Shown one piece after another: positions 35,977 through 46,159 of a DNA stretch of 64,000 bases. Origin of the DNA: Candidatus Latescibacterota bacterium (GTDB lineage: Bacteria > Latescibacterota > UBA2968 > GCA-2709665); contig OZ244744.1 in the NCBI GenBank assembly GCA_965219455.1, forward strand, positions 4,128,001 to 4,192,000. The letters run 5' to 3'. The notes under the pieces were generated by a model, which saw nothing but the letters and a program-made list of their open reading frames with translations, searched no databases and was not told where the DNA came from. Made by a program: the position numbers and the translations under genes. Numbering within the stretch: the first letter of the stretch is position 1; each line of letters starts with the position of its first letter.

Positions 35977-38900
35977 ATGCGTTCGCGCCACACCTTGTGT
36001 TCTGTTGTCCGGAGATTTAGAGGTCTGGAGGGACGTTTGTTGAGAAATTGCGCCGTTTTTGTCGCCTTGCTGGGTCTTGCAACCAGCGCCTATGGAGTTC
36101 CGCCCGCGATTTACTCGCCAGACGGCCAGCGGGCCGTCTGGCTGGTGCCGTCCGGGAAGCCGATGGTCCTGCTAACCCAGGTCTGGCACGGGGGGTCCGG
36201 CGGGGGGATGCCCGCCAGGACGGGAATTTACCTGGGCCCGCCTGGAGACGTGGGCTTTCTGCCTGGAGATGGACTGGTCTATCTGGAGCGGGGGCTGGAT
36301 CACGTCGCGTTTGGCACCACACCTCTGGGCAGGCTGACGTCCGACACGCGCAAGCAGCGGCGCCTGCCCCTGGTCCGCAACCGGATCTGGCGAATCGAAG
36401 CATCCGGGGAGACCCTCTGGCCATTGCCCGACGGAATGGATCCTGTCAATATGGCGGTTGCGCCGGACGGTGGCCGGCTGGCTGTTACGGATCACCACGG
36501 TTTGTGGACCGTTGATGCAGTCGGACATGCCAGGTTGCTTGTGCGCGGACACGTGCGAGGCCCCTTAGAGTGGTCGGCAAGCGCGGATGCCGTGTCCGCT
36601 GTGGTGAACGGTAAATTGTCTTTCGTGGGAATGGACGGTGGCGATGCGGCAGCCTGGCGCCCTCTGCGTACGACGGGCGGCGCAACGCCCCCGGTTCGGG
36701 ATCCGGAGCCAGAGATTGACGCGGCAATGCTGTTGGTTCACCAGGCGCTGAACTGGTGGGTGCGGGGTCATCACGCCATGCACAGGGGGGAGTACCGCGG
36801 CGCCAGGGATGCCTACAGAGAATCCGTCAGCAGTTTCAAGGATATACAAAAGACGTATGCTCCAGTGGGGCTGTCCCGGGGAAGCTGCCAGGGCTACATC
36901 GATGGGATTCGAAGCCGTATCAGTAACGACGAAGCCCTGAGGGAAGCGGTTTGCTCGGAGCGCCTGCTGGTTGTGGGTGACCTGATTTCAGAGTTCAATT
37001 CCACACGCGACCAGGGAATAAGAGCAGGCCTGAGCGGGCTTTTGTCATGGGCGTCTGGTGAATTGGAAATGCGGCAGTTGGATGCGTCAGCAATAAAGCG
37101 CGATGTCGCGTTGATTCGGCGTCTTTTTCAATGTCCGGCAACCGACGAGCCGCATATGCCTGAAATTGGATATTATTTTCATCCAATTGTACCGGCCGGC
37201 GGTCCCGTGTTGACCTGCTACTGGCACCGGGGACGGGTGCAGTATCTGATCGGAGGTCCCGGCGGATACGCCGTGGAGGCGCGGAATATGCCGCGCGCCG
37301 GGGTGGATTCACTCTTCAACCTTGGAGTTGCCCGGCTGGATAGCAAAAACGTGGAAGGGTCGATATTTCCACTCCGTGTTGCAGCGCATCAGCGCCCCCG
37401 CGATAAAGATGCGCTTCTTAAGCTGGGATATGCATTTCTCGAGGATAAATACTACAGGGGAGCAAGATGGGCATTCAAGAAGGCTGCAGCACTCACGCGC
37501 AACGACCCCGAGCCCTATTACGGTCTGGGCCTCGTGTTGATGGAACTCCACAACGAACGCTACCAGGCGATTACCTATTTCAGGAAGGCGCTTATCCGGG
37601 ATCGGGATTTCGTGGATGCCCGGTATAAGATCGCTCTCGTGCGGTACATGCTTAACGAGCACGACGTGAAACCCGAACTCGATCGGGTGCTCAAGATCGA
37701 TCCGGAATATGCGGATGCCTATCTGTTGATGGGAGATTGGTACGCCAATTTCATGGAGGATTACGAGGAAGCCATTGTCTGGTACACCCGGTACCTCGCG
37801 ATGCGGCCGACCGATCAGAAAGTGGGCAGGCGGCTGGGGTACGCGTACCTTAAAGTTAAAGATTATGATCGGATTCTGGACAAGGTTCAGGCGTTTACAC
37901 GGGAGTATCCCGATGCCATCGAGCTGATGCCGATCGTGGCTCAGGCCTGCGCCAAGCGCAGCAAGTACGATATGGCGATGGGGTTTTTCTCTACCTACAT
38001 CTCCCGGCTGAAGCAGGAACAGCAGTCGCTTTATTACGACGTCGGACTCATTGCGTCGCCCGAGGAATTGGCCGAATACGAACAGACGTCGGGCGCGGCG
38101 CGGAAAGCGTTTCTGGAACGGTTCTGGAACGTGCGCGATCCGGATATCGGCACGCCTGTAAACGAACGGCTGCTGGAACACTACCGTCGAGTCTGGTACG
38201 CGCATATGGAGTTCTCCGAAGGCAAAGATCCGTGGGATCGGCGCGGTGAGGTGTACATACGGTTTGGAGAGCCGGACCACGTGACCAGTTCGCACAACCT
38301 GAATGCCAGACAGGACCTTTCCGTGCTGCGCGTAAAGGAGCGGCTCGCCACCCAGCTCTACGGAACGCAGGCGATCGGCGCTTCCTTTATGGGGCCCGTG
38401 TTCCCCGTTCGCAACTTCTCGCTGCAGCGCGATATTCTGGGTTTCGAGAGCGACGCATCGGATTTCGGTATTGAGGGTGAGCGCGACGCGTTCACCGGGG
38501 GTGATCCGGACGGCGCCGATTCGAATCTGCGGCAGATGACAACGACGGAGGGAAGCCGGGACGGGGGTTCCTCTAGGGATCGGAGCGACCCGGAACGAGC
38601 AAGCGCCGGGGCGACAATCGGCGCGGCCGGAGATATCGGACAGAGTGCCCCCGAAAACCTGGGCTTCGGTCCTGCGCCGTCCCGTATCAACACGGACATT
38701 TTCGCGGGTTCGGGTTTCAATCCGGTACTTGCCGCCGGCGCGGATCTGGGGTCCACGCCGTGGGCGTCCTGGATCTACCTGAACATCGACGGGGGCATCG
38801 AAATCTCGTTCACCGACGAGTTCAACTCCAGGATTTTTGATTTTACGCCGGTTCCGAATGCGCCCGATTTGAACATCGAGCAGATTACGCGGTTTCGACG

Positions 38901-39786
38901 TTTTTCACCCGAAAAGGTCTTCCATCAGGCGGTTGCTCTGGCCCCGGACTTCTACGCGCCGGAATACCGCCAGACCCCCTACGATTTTCACTACACGTTG
39001 GCCGACTTCAAAGGTTCTGATGGAAAGAGTCTGCTGGAGATCTACTACGGCATTCCGTGCGCGGCGACAAACTACCTGGCCGAACACAACGTCACACAGG
39101 TGGCAGTCCGGCGGCAACTGGCGCTGCTCTCGTCCCTCTCGGGCAAGGTTTACCGGAAAACGGCCGAGGTGTTTTACAAACGGCCGGGCAATCGTACGGG
39201 CCCGGACGTGGTCCTCCCGGACGTGGTCAGGCTGGAAGTGCCGCCGGGCGTCTACAGGCTGGAGGTGAAGGCCCGGGACCGGATGACGGGGCGGCTGGGT
39301 ATATACCGGCAGCAGGTGGTCGTGGAGTCTTACCATAGAGAGGGTCTTCGCGTGAGCGACCTGGAGTTGGCATACAGTGTAGGCGAGGCCGCCGCCAAAC
39401 CCGGCAAATTTGGAAAACATGGGTTGAACGTGGTACCGATGCCCTCTCGAACTTATGGGTCGGGTCAGAACGTGTTTGTCTATTACGAGATCTACAACCT
39501 GAAAAAGGACGATTTCGGACAAACCCAATACCGGGTGGAGTACACGATGGGACCGAAGTCCGGCGGCGTGCTTTCGAGGCTGGCGCAAACGCTCAGGGGA
39601 CGGTCGAACAAAGGGAAGGTTGCGGTCGGGTATGAGCAACTTGGCTTCCAGGATTCGGAAGTCGCGTATACGGAACTCGAATTGGGTGAGGCGCGATCGG
39701 GGCGACACTACCTGACGGTGGAGGTAACGGATTTAAACAGCGGAAAGTCCTTTGTGAAGGAAACCACGTTTGTGGTGCAAAAATGA
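35977..39786 (+). CDS. Large multidomain TPR + GWxTD protein
   Basis: Signal-like N-terminus, propeller-like segment (VAPDGGRLA), TPRs, FWNVRDPD...EHYRRVWYA...PWDRRGEVYIRFGEPD, VSDLEL, VYYEIYNL. Confidence 0.85.
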   Translation: MRSRHTLCSVVRRFRGLEGRLLRNCAVFVALLGLATSAYGVPPAIYSPDGQRAVWLVPSGKPMVLLTQVWHGGSGGGMPARTGIYLGPPGDVGFLPGDGLVYLERGLDHVAFGTTPLGRLTSDTRKQRRLPLVRNRIWRIEASGETLWPLPDGMDPVNMAVAPDGGRLAVTDHHGLWTVDAVGHARLLVRGHVRGPLEWSASADAVSAVVNGKLSFVGMDGGDAAAWRPLRTTGGATPPVRDPEPEIDAAMLLVHQALNWWVRGHHAMHRGEYRGARDAYRESVSSFKDIQKTYAPVGLSRGSCQGYIDGIRSRISNDEALREAVCSERLLVVGDLISEFNSTRDQGIRAGLSGLLSWASGELEMRQLDASAIKRDVALIRRLFQCPATDEPHMPEIGYYFHPIVPAGGPVLTCYWHRGRVQYLIGGPGGYAVEARNMPRAGVDSLFNLGVARLDSKNVEGSIFPLRVAAHQRPRDKDALLKLGYAFLEDKYYRGARWAFKKAAALTRNDPEPYYGLGLVLMELHNERYQAITYFRKALIRDRDFVDARYKIALVRYMLNEHDVKPELDRVLKIDPEYADAYLLMGDWYANFMEDYEEAIVWYTRYLAMRPTDQKVGRRLGYAYLKVKDYDRILDKVQAFTREYPDAIELMPIVAQACAKRSKYDMAMGFFSTYISRLKQEQQSLYYDVGLIASPEELAEYEQTSGAARKAFLERFWNVRDPDIGTPVNERLLEHYRRVWYAHMEFSEGKDPWDRRGEVYIRFGEPDHVTSSHNLNARQDLSVLRVKERLATQLYGTQAIGASFMGPVFPVRNFSLQRDILGFESDASDFGIEGERDAFTGGDPDGADSNLRQMTTTEGSRDGGSSRDRSDPERASAGATIGAAGDIGQSAPENLGFGPAPSRINTDIFAGSGFNPVLAAGADLGSTPWASWIYLNIDGGIEISFTDEFNSRIFDFTPVPNAPDLNIEQITRFRRFSPEKVFHQAVALAPDFYAPEYRQTPYDFHYTLADFKGSDGKSLLEIYYGIPCAATNYLAEHNVTQVAVRRQLALLSSLSGKVYRKTAEVFYKRPGNRTGPDVVLPDVVRLEVPPGVYRLEVKARDRMTGRLGIYRQQVVVESYHREGLRVSDLELAYSVGEAAAKPGKFGKHGLNVVPMPSRTYGSGQNVFVYYEIYNLKKDDFGQTQYRVEYTMGPKSGGVLSRLAQTLRGRSNKGKVAVGYEQLGFQDSEVAYTELELGEARSGRHYLTVEVTDLNSGKSFVKETTFVVQK

Positions 39787-40000
39787 GCCGTTTCGAAAAC
39801 ACGTCTGAAAGGCGCCAATTGGTTCCACTCGTGTATCCACCGAAACCGCCCGGGATACGTCTTTCGGTAAACCGAACTCCCTCCGGTGGGTGGGAATCCG
39901 TCGGTTCAATTTGATGTGATGTCGTGGCGCGCGGACCGACGCGAAGATACTTCGCGCTGTCATCCGACGCGCGAAAAAAAACGCCAAGGAGGTCGTCTAA

Positions 40001-40160
40001 CAGTCCGTTGGAAAAGTTGCTCTGCAGGCGAGGCCGAGACATTGTGACCGAAGACGAGGCGCGCGACCGAGTCGAATCGGGGGATTCGGAGAGGGAGCGC
40101 AACGCAGTAATTCGGTCACAAGAGCCGGCCGCAGACCGGATGGACTTTTTCAACGGGCTG
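40001..40160. mobile_element. 160-bp MITE copy 2
   Basis: CAGTCCGTTGGAAAAGT...ACTTTTTCAACGGGCTG flanked by CTAA/CTAA. Confidence 0.88.
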
Positions 40161-40201
40161 CTAATGTTCGGGAGAGAACGCCGGTGAAGGAGAATTCGCA
40201 C

Positions 40202-41341
40202 ATGGCGCAGGTGCTTCTGTGTTTTGCCCTGTCTGTCTTACTCGCACTTTGCCCGGCGCGCGTGTGGGCCGACAGGATCACCATTGAGGATGTGGACTTT
40301 GACGGGAATGGAATCATCGATCTGACCGATTTTGTCCTTTTTGCACGGGCCTATCAAACGGAAGACGCGATATACGATTTGGACGGCAGCCGCACGGTCG
40401 ACGAACCCGACTTTGAGATTTTCGCATCATTTTTCGGACAGAAAGTTGTCGACGGACCCGTGGTGCCGATACTCAAGCACGAACTCATCGACGTTCCGGC
40501 CGGAGATTTCATTATGGGTACCGACCGGGGGCTGCCTCCGGACGGGCCGGAGCATGTCGTCTACCTGGACGGGTTCCGGATTGACAAGTACGAGGTGAAC
40601 AACGTTCAGTTTATCGCGTTCCTGAACGACAGGAACCGGGGCACCAAAACGGTCGGCCGTACGGCCCCATGGCAAACCGACGAGGATATCGCATACCAGA
40701 ATGCGGCGAATCGGAACCTGGACTCAGAAGACAATGTGCTCTACAATCTGGATTCCAGAGAGGCCGATATCCGGATTTCAATAGACGTACTCGCCGGGAT
40801 CGAAGGGGACGATGATGAGGAGAGCGAGGACCTGGGGCGTACCATCAAGGATGAGTACGTGCTGAAGGCGTTTTATCTCGCCAACCGGGCGGTGACGAAC
40901 GTGACCTGGTTTGGCGCCATGGCCTACTGCGAATGGGCCGGAATGCGCCTCGCCACGGAAGCGGAGTGGGAAAAGGGGGCCCGTGGTACGGACAAGCGGC
41001 CCTACCCCTGGGGTACCGCGACGCCCACCCCGGAGCATGCGAATATCGCCGATCGTGTGGGCCGCACGGTGGATGTCGGCAGCCACCCGAAGGGGTTGAG
41101 CCCCTATGGGGTGCACGATATGTCCGGCAATGCCTGGGAGTGGTGCGAGGACTGGTTTAACCCCGATTACTATGAGGTTTCTCCGAAAGAAAATCCCAAA
41201 GGGCCGGAAGTCGGATTTAACCGTGTGATGCGGGGCGGCTCATGGAGGTTCCGGGATCTTGCCGACACGACCACACGGTGGTTCGATGCGCCGTTTGCGA
41301 CAGATGACCAGATTGGATTCCGGTGCGCGAGTGATTTCTGA
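40202..41341 (+). CDS. Exported FGE-sulfatase (SUMF1/EgtB/PvdO fold) protein with N-terminal dockerin/EF-hand-like module
   Basis: AAGGAG RBS; DFDGNGIIDLTDF..DLDGSRTVDEPDF; RLATEAEWEKGARG, DMSGNAWEW, RGGSW, GFRC. Confidence 0.85.
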   Translation: MAQVLLCFALSVLLALCPARVWADRITIEDVDFDGNGIIDLTDFVLFARAYQTEDAIYDLDGSRTVDEPDFEIFASFFGQKVVDGPVVPILKHELIDVPAGDFIMGTDRGLPPDGPEHVVYLDGFRIDKYEVNNVQFIAFLNDRNRGTKTVGRTAPWQTDEDIAYQNAANRNLDSEDNVLYNLDSREADIRISIDVLAGIEGDDDEESEDLGRTIKDEYVLKAFYLANRAVTNVTWFGAMAYCEWAGMRLATEAEWEKGARGTDKRPYPWGTATPTPEHANIADRVGRTVDVGSHPKGLSPYGVHDMSGNAWEWCEDWFNPDYYEVSPKENPKGPEVGFNRVMRGGSWRFRDLADTTTRWFDAPFATDDQIGFRCASDF

Positions 41342-41402
41342 CGGTCCTGGCATCCGGCTCTACCGGCCGGTCAGATTGGACAAGGTGTGACGGGAAGCGC
41401 AG

Positions 41403-42647
41403 ATGCGACCTGATACGGATAAACTACGGCGGGGTAGGATCTGGCTCTGTATCGGGCTGCTGGCCTGTTTTCTGGCGGCTTGCGGTGATGACAACCCGAT
41501 TGATTCCGACGACGACGACGAACCCATTGCGCCGCCGTCGCTCTGTTCGGATACCCCCGGGACGATCTGTACCTGGGCGGGAACCGGAGATGCGGGTTGG
41601 GACGGAGACGGCAGCGTGCTGTTACTGTCCACGTTCTACTGGCCCGTGGATGTGATGGTCACGCCTGAGGGCCGGGTTTATGTTCTGGATTGGAACAACC
41701 ATCGGGTGCGTCGGGCGGCCATAGGCGATAGCACGTTGGAGACGGCCATCGGCAGCGGCTTCATGGGCGACGGATCCTACGGGCAGTCCGAGCGTATCCC
41801 GCCGGGGGCGTCGGGAAAGTCCGTCAATCTGAGTCATCCGACGCACCTCATCCAGCTTTCGGGCGGGGCGTTTCTGCTGACGGCCTGGCGAAACCACAAA
41901 CTGCGGCTTTTCGATCCCGTCAGTGGCCGGGTGAGGGTATTCCTGGGAGATACGCCGGATTTTTCGGGCGACGGCGGTCCCGCGGAGGATGCGCATCTGA
42001 ACTATCCTTCGCAGACGGTGCTTGCGCCCGGCAATACGCTCTATGTTCTGGATCAGCGCAACTTGCGGGTGCGAAAGATCGATCCCAATGGCGTCATTAC
42101 CACGGTTGTGGGAACGGGCGCGGCCGGATTCAGTGGCGACGGCGGTCCTCCCCATATGGCGCAACTGAATTTCCCTGCAGGCAACAATCCCCCGCCGGCT
42201 GGCGGATTGGCCCTGGCGCCGGATGGCAAGCTCTTTATTTCCGATACGCACAATCAGCGGATTCGACGTGTGGACTTTGAAAGGGATCGGATCGATACCG
42301 TGGCGGGCACGGGCGCCGCGGGATTCAGTGGTGACGGCGGTCCTGCCATACAGGCGAGTTTGAACAACCCGCGCGATCTTCAGTTCGGCCCGGATGGGAG
42401 GTTGTACGTTGCCGATGAGATGAACCATCGCATCCGGGCGATCGACCTGGCTTCCGGGACGATCACGACGGTGGCCGGAAACGGGCAGCCGGGGTTCAGC
42501 GGAGACGGCGGACCCGCCACGTCAGCCGCGTTGAACCGGCCGGCGGGGGTCGCATTTGATGAAGCAAACGGATACCTCTATATTGCGGATACGTTCAACC
42601 ATCGTATCAGGCTTGTCACGTTGGCAAATGTTCTGTCCCTGAAATAG
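41403..42647 (+). CDS. NHL-repeat beta-propeller lipoprotein
   Basis: Lipobox LAAC; repeated TVAGTGxAGFSGDGGPA...LNxP...LYxADxxNHRIR. Confidence 0.9.
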   Translation: MRPDTDKLRRGRIWLCIGLLACFLAACGDDNPIDSDDDDEPIAPPSLCSDTPGTICTWAGTGDAGWDGDGSVLLLSTFYWPVDVMVTPEGRVYVLDWNNHRVRRAAIGDSTLETAIGSGFMGDGSYGQSERIPPGASGKSVNLSHPTHLIQLSGGAFLLTAWRNHKLRLFDPVSGRVRVFLGDTPDFSGDGGPAEDAHLNYPSQTVLAPGNTLYVLDQRNLRVRKIDPNGVITTVVGTGAAGFSGDGGPPHMAQLNFPAGNNPPPAGGLALAPDGKLFISDTHNQRIRRVDFERDRIDTVAGTGAAGFSGDGGPAIQASLNNPRDLQFGPDGRLYVADEMNHRIRAIDLASGTITTVAGNGQPGFSGDGGPATSAALNRPAGVAFDEANGYLYIADTFNHRIRLVTLANVLSLK

Positions 42648-42809
42648 ATTGCCTGAATTCGGCCGTCGAGCGAAGGGAACGCAGCGAGACGGGATGAATC
42701 GACGGATGAATGGTAACATATTTCTGGGACAGAACACTAGTTCGGGAACTCCCTGACGCATTGGTACGTCGTCAATATACGGGTCAGAGGACCTGAAGGG
42801 GGGCTTGTC

Positions 42810-44273
42810 TTGCCGGACCAGCCCAATTTTCTGGTGATTGTGTCGGACCAGCACAACCGGCGGTATATGGGTTGTGGCGGGGATCGGATCGTCCGTACGC
42901 CACATCTCGACGCCCTGGCGGAACGCGGCGTGCTGTTCGAGAATACCTATTGTGGGTCGCCGCTTTGCGTGCCGTCGCGGATGACTTTTCTCACGGGTCG
43001 GCATTCTTCTGACATCGAGGTGTGGTCCAATGCCTGTTTTCTGAGGTCGGATATTCCCACTTTCGCGCACGGTCTCGGGTTGGCGGGATACGAGACGGTG
43101 TTGGGCGGCCGGATGCACTTTGTGGGGCCGGACCAGCGGCACGGCTTCGAACAGCGCATCATGGGAGATGTGTCGGGACCGTTTCCCGGTGGCCCCGGTC
43201 CCGACATGGGGCATATTCCAACGGGGACGACGGGCCAATCCCGTCGGTCTGTCGAAATTTCCGGACCGGGGCGCACATCCTACCAGGCTTACGACGTGGC
43301 GGTGACCGAGGCCTGTCGTGAATTTCTCGCGCGCCGTGACCGGACTGGCGCTGAGCGACCCTTTTGCCTGGTAACGGGGTATGTGCTGCCGCATTGCCCC
43401 TTCATCTGTCCCAGGGACCTATACGAAGAATATTACCATCGGGTGGAAATTCCTACCGTGCCGGAGGGCTACCTGGACCGGCTGCATCCGGCGATCCGGC
43501 TTTGGCGCGAGAAGCGCGGCGTAAACGGACTGAACGAAGACGCGGTGCGCCGCGCGCGCGCGGCCTACTACGGACTTGTCACGTTTATGGATGGTCTGAT
43601 TGGACGGTTGCTGGAGACCCTGGCGTCAACGTCGTACGGAGAGAATACGGCGGTGATATATCTCTCGGATCACGGGGAGATGGCCGGCGAACACGGGATG
43701 TGGTGGAAGAGCAGCTTTTACGAGGGATCCGCTGGCGTGCCGATGATTGCGTCTTTTCCGGGGCGATTCGGAGAAGGGCGGCGTGTGGATGCGGTGACGA
43801 GTCTGCTGGACGTAGGGCCTACGTTGATCGACCTGGCAGGCGGAGATTCCCTGCCGGAGGCTGCAGGTCGGAGTCTGAGATGTTTCCTGGAGGGTGACGG
43901 ACGGGCGCCGGCGTGGTCAAATGAGACTTTTTCGGAGAATTACAGCGGCGCCGACGAGCCGCCGGGAAGGATGGTGCGCCAGGGCCCATGGAAATTGAAT
44001 TACTATCACGGTTACGATGAACCGCAGTTGTTCAACCTGGATGAGGATCCACTCGAATTTGATGACCGGGCGCGGGATCCGGTTTGCGCGGAGGTGAGAG
44101 AAGCGCTGCTGGCGCGTGTCCGGGATGGCTGGAACGGGGGAACGATTCGGCCCAGGCTCCAACGCCGGACGGAGGGGAGGCGGGTTCTGCGGGAGTGGGC
44201 CGGCGCCGTGGAACACGATCTGGCGGATTTCTGGCGGGCGCCTCCGGGTTGTAACGTATTTCCGGAAGAATGA
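42810..44273 (+). CDS. Cys-type sulfatase (choline-sulfatase-like)
   Basis: PNFLVIVSDQH, LCVPSRMTFLTG (CxPxR), GRMHF, SDHGEM, LFNLDEDP. Confidence 0.93.
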   Translation: MPDQPNFLVIVSDQHNRRYMGCGGDRIVRTPHLDALAERGVLFENTYCGSPLCVPSRMTFLTGRHSSDIEVWSNACFLRSDIPTFAHGLGLAGYETVLGGRMHFVGPDQRHGFEQRIMGDVSGPFPGGPGPDMGHIPTGTTGQSRRSVEISGPGRTSYQAYDVAVTEACREFLARRDRTGAERPFCLVTGYVLPHCPFICPRDLYEEYYHRVEIPTVPEGYLDRLHPAIRLWREKRGVNGLNEDAVRRARAAYYGLVTFMDGLIGRLLETLASTSYGENTAVIYLSDHGEMAGEHGMWWKSSFYEGSAGVPMIASFPGRFGEGRRVDAVTSLLDVGPTLIDLAGGDSLPEAAGRSLRCFLEGDGRAPAWSNETFSENYSGADEPPGRMVRQGPWKLNYYHGYDEPQLFNLDEDPLEFDDRARDPVCAEVREALLARVRDGWNGGTIRPRLQRRTEGRRVLREWAGAVEHDLADFWRAPPGCNVFPEE

Positions 44274-44428
44274 GCCGCGGGAGATCGCGCGGAACGGGAG
44301 GTCGGATGCGCAGGCCCTGCTCGGAGGCTGTTTCATATGGATGCTGCGTTCCCGAGCAGGGCGATCTTTTTTCGGAAGTTGCACCAGCGATCCGGGTGAT
44401 CTCGCGGCCCGGCTGTTGAAACGGCAGA

Positions 44429-46159
44429 TCAGTCTTCCATGACGGGCAGGACGACATGCGATGGCCGGTTTGCGTCGTGGAAAACGGTGTTGACCGCGAT
44501 CTGTCCAATGGCTTCTTCGCCGAATGCACCTCCAGTGTTCAAATTTCGGTCGTACCGGGGGAAATCGCTGCTGGTGACTTCGATACGCAGGCGGTGACCT
44601 GACAGGAACACCTGGGCGGTGGCCGACATGTCTATTTCAAACCTGTAGATCCTGCCCGGCGTCATCAGTTCGGGGCGCTGCAGGGAGTTTCGGAATCGCG
44701 CCCTCAGGATGCCGTCGCAGACGGGCATGGAACGGCCGTCCGGGCAGACGTCGCATAGTCTGACCACCCAGTCCGTATCGGGGGCTGAAGACAGGCCGTG
44801 AAGGATGGCCTTTACGGGGCCGATGATGGTCAGGTCCTGTTTCAGTTCGGCGGAGGTATACGTAAGCATCCGTCCTTCCAGATGCCGATGGTCCACGGGG
44901 CCGAGTGTGGGATAAAAGCGGAGACCGGGCATGGGATCGTTCGGGTCGTATGCGAAACTATCCGCATGTTCGGCCGTATGGGGCGGATCGAAGGTCAGAC
45001 CACCGTTGTTCAACGAGTCCGGATCTCTTCCGGATCCTTCCCGGAGATACGCCGTCCGGTAGGTAATGCCGGGTGGGGGCCAGTCTTCCAGATCCAACCA
45101 TCGGTTGGCACCCATCAGGAAGATACGCACCGGCGGGCCGTCCATAATACCGTTGTCCATTCCCTTTAGCCAGTAGTCGTACCACCGAAGGCGGTGGGCG
45201 TTCATATCGAATGCCGCCTCAGGGCCGAAGTCAAGGTCGCCAACGACCTGTTTGGCCGCGTTGCCCGGTCCATGGATCCATGGACCGATCAACAGGCGTT
45301 GGCCCTCCCGACAGGCCCTGGTGCGCCCGCGTTGCCGAATTCCCCTGAAGCATTCCAGCGTCCCGTCAAGGAAGACGTCGAACCATGCGCCGAAGTGAAG
45401 CATCGGCGTGTCGATGTCGCCGTACCTGGAGGAAATGTTGGTGGACCACCAGTAGGGGCCGTCTTCGGGGTGGTCCAGGTCTTCAAAGTACCAATCGAGC
45501 AGGCCATCCAGGGGCGGGAAGGATTTGAGCGGCAGGTGGTGCTGCCAGTCCTCGTATTCATCGAGTGCGGCTGCCAGACGCGCGGTCTCGGCCGCCAGAC
45601 CCGGTGGGGCGCTCTCGTGTTCCAGTTGGGAGAGAAGGGTCTGCATCGCCCATTTCTGAAAAGGCAGCGAATAGGCGCCGTACCGGTACCAGAAGCCGCT
45701 GTAAAAATCACCGCCGCCTTCCCGAACGAAAAGCGCTTTCAGGTGCGGGGGCCGGGTCGGGGCAACCATGTACTGCGAAAAACCGGAATAGGAGCCGTCG
45801 GCCATGCCCACGTTGCCGTTGGACCAGGCCTGTTTACCGGCCCATTCGATGGTATCGTAACCATCGCGATTGGCCCCCCAGCCGTCATCGCGGAAAGGCT
45901 GCCAATCGCCTTCGGAGGCAAAGGTGCCGCGCACGTTCTGGCCCACGAATACGTACCCCCTGCTGGCGAGGAACTGACCGTTGGACGTACACCGGCCGAC
46001 CAGCTCGTAGGCGACCCGTTCAACGATGACGGGATATCTACCTTCGGGTGCCGGACGGTAGACGTCGGCGCGAAGCACGGTTCCGTCACGCATCCTTATA
46101 GGGATATTGCGTTCTACCATTGTTTCGTAACGTGGCTCGGACAGACCCGTGTTGGGCAT
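44429..46159 (-). CDS. CocE/NonD family serine hydrolase
   Basis: MRDGTVLRADVYRP, RGTFASEG, GSYSG, GAWFD, GPWIH, SSDFPRYDRN. Confidence 0.93.
   Translation of the reverse strand: MPNTGLSEPRYETMVERNIPIRMRDGTVLRADVYRPAPEGRYPVIVERVAYELVGRCTSNGQFLASRGYVFVGQNVRGTFASEGDWQPFRDDGWGANRDGYDTIEWAGKQAWSNGNVGMADGSYSGFSQYMVAPTRPPHLKALFVREGGGDFYSGFWYRYGAYSLPFQKWAMQTLLSQLEHESAPPGLAAETARLAAALDEYEDWQHHLPLKSFPPLDGLLDWYFEDLDHPEDGPYWWSTNISSRYGDIDTPMLHFGAWFDVFLDGTLECFRGIRQRGRTRACREGQRLLIGPWIHGPGNAAKQVVGDLDFGPEAAFDMNAHRLRWYDYWLKGMDNGIMDGPPVRIFLMGANRWLDLEDWPPPGITYRTAYLREGSGRDPDSLNNGGLTFDPPHTAEHADSFAYDPNDPMPGLRFYPTLGPVDHRHLEGRMLTYTSAELKQDLTIIGPVKAILHGLSSAPDTDWVVRLCDVCPDGRSMPVCDGILRARFRNSLQRPELMTPGRIYRFEIDMSATAQVFLSGHRLRIEVTSSDFPRYDRNLNTGGAFGEEAIGQIAVNTVFHDANRPSHVVLPVMED

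Noticed and set aside
41900-42600. Recurring GGCGACGGCGGTCC-like repeats as a CRISPR array
   Set aside because: They are degenerate coding repeats for the NHL GFSGDGGPA motif, with no constant repeat-spacer period and no cas genes
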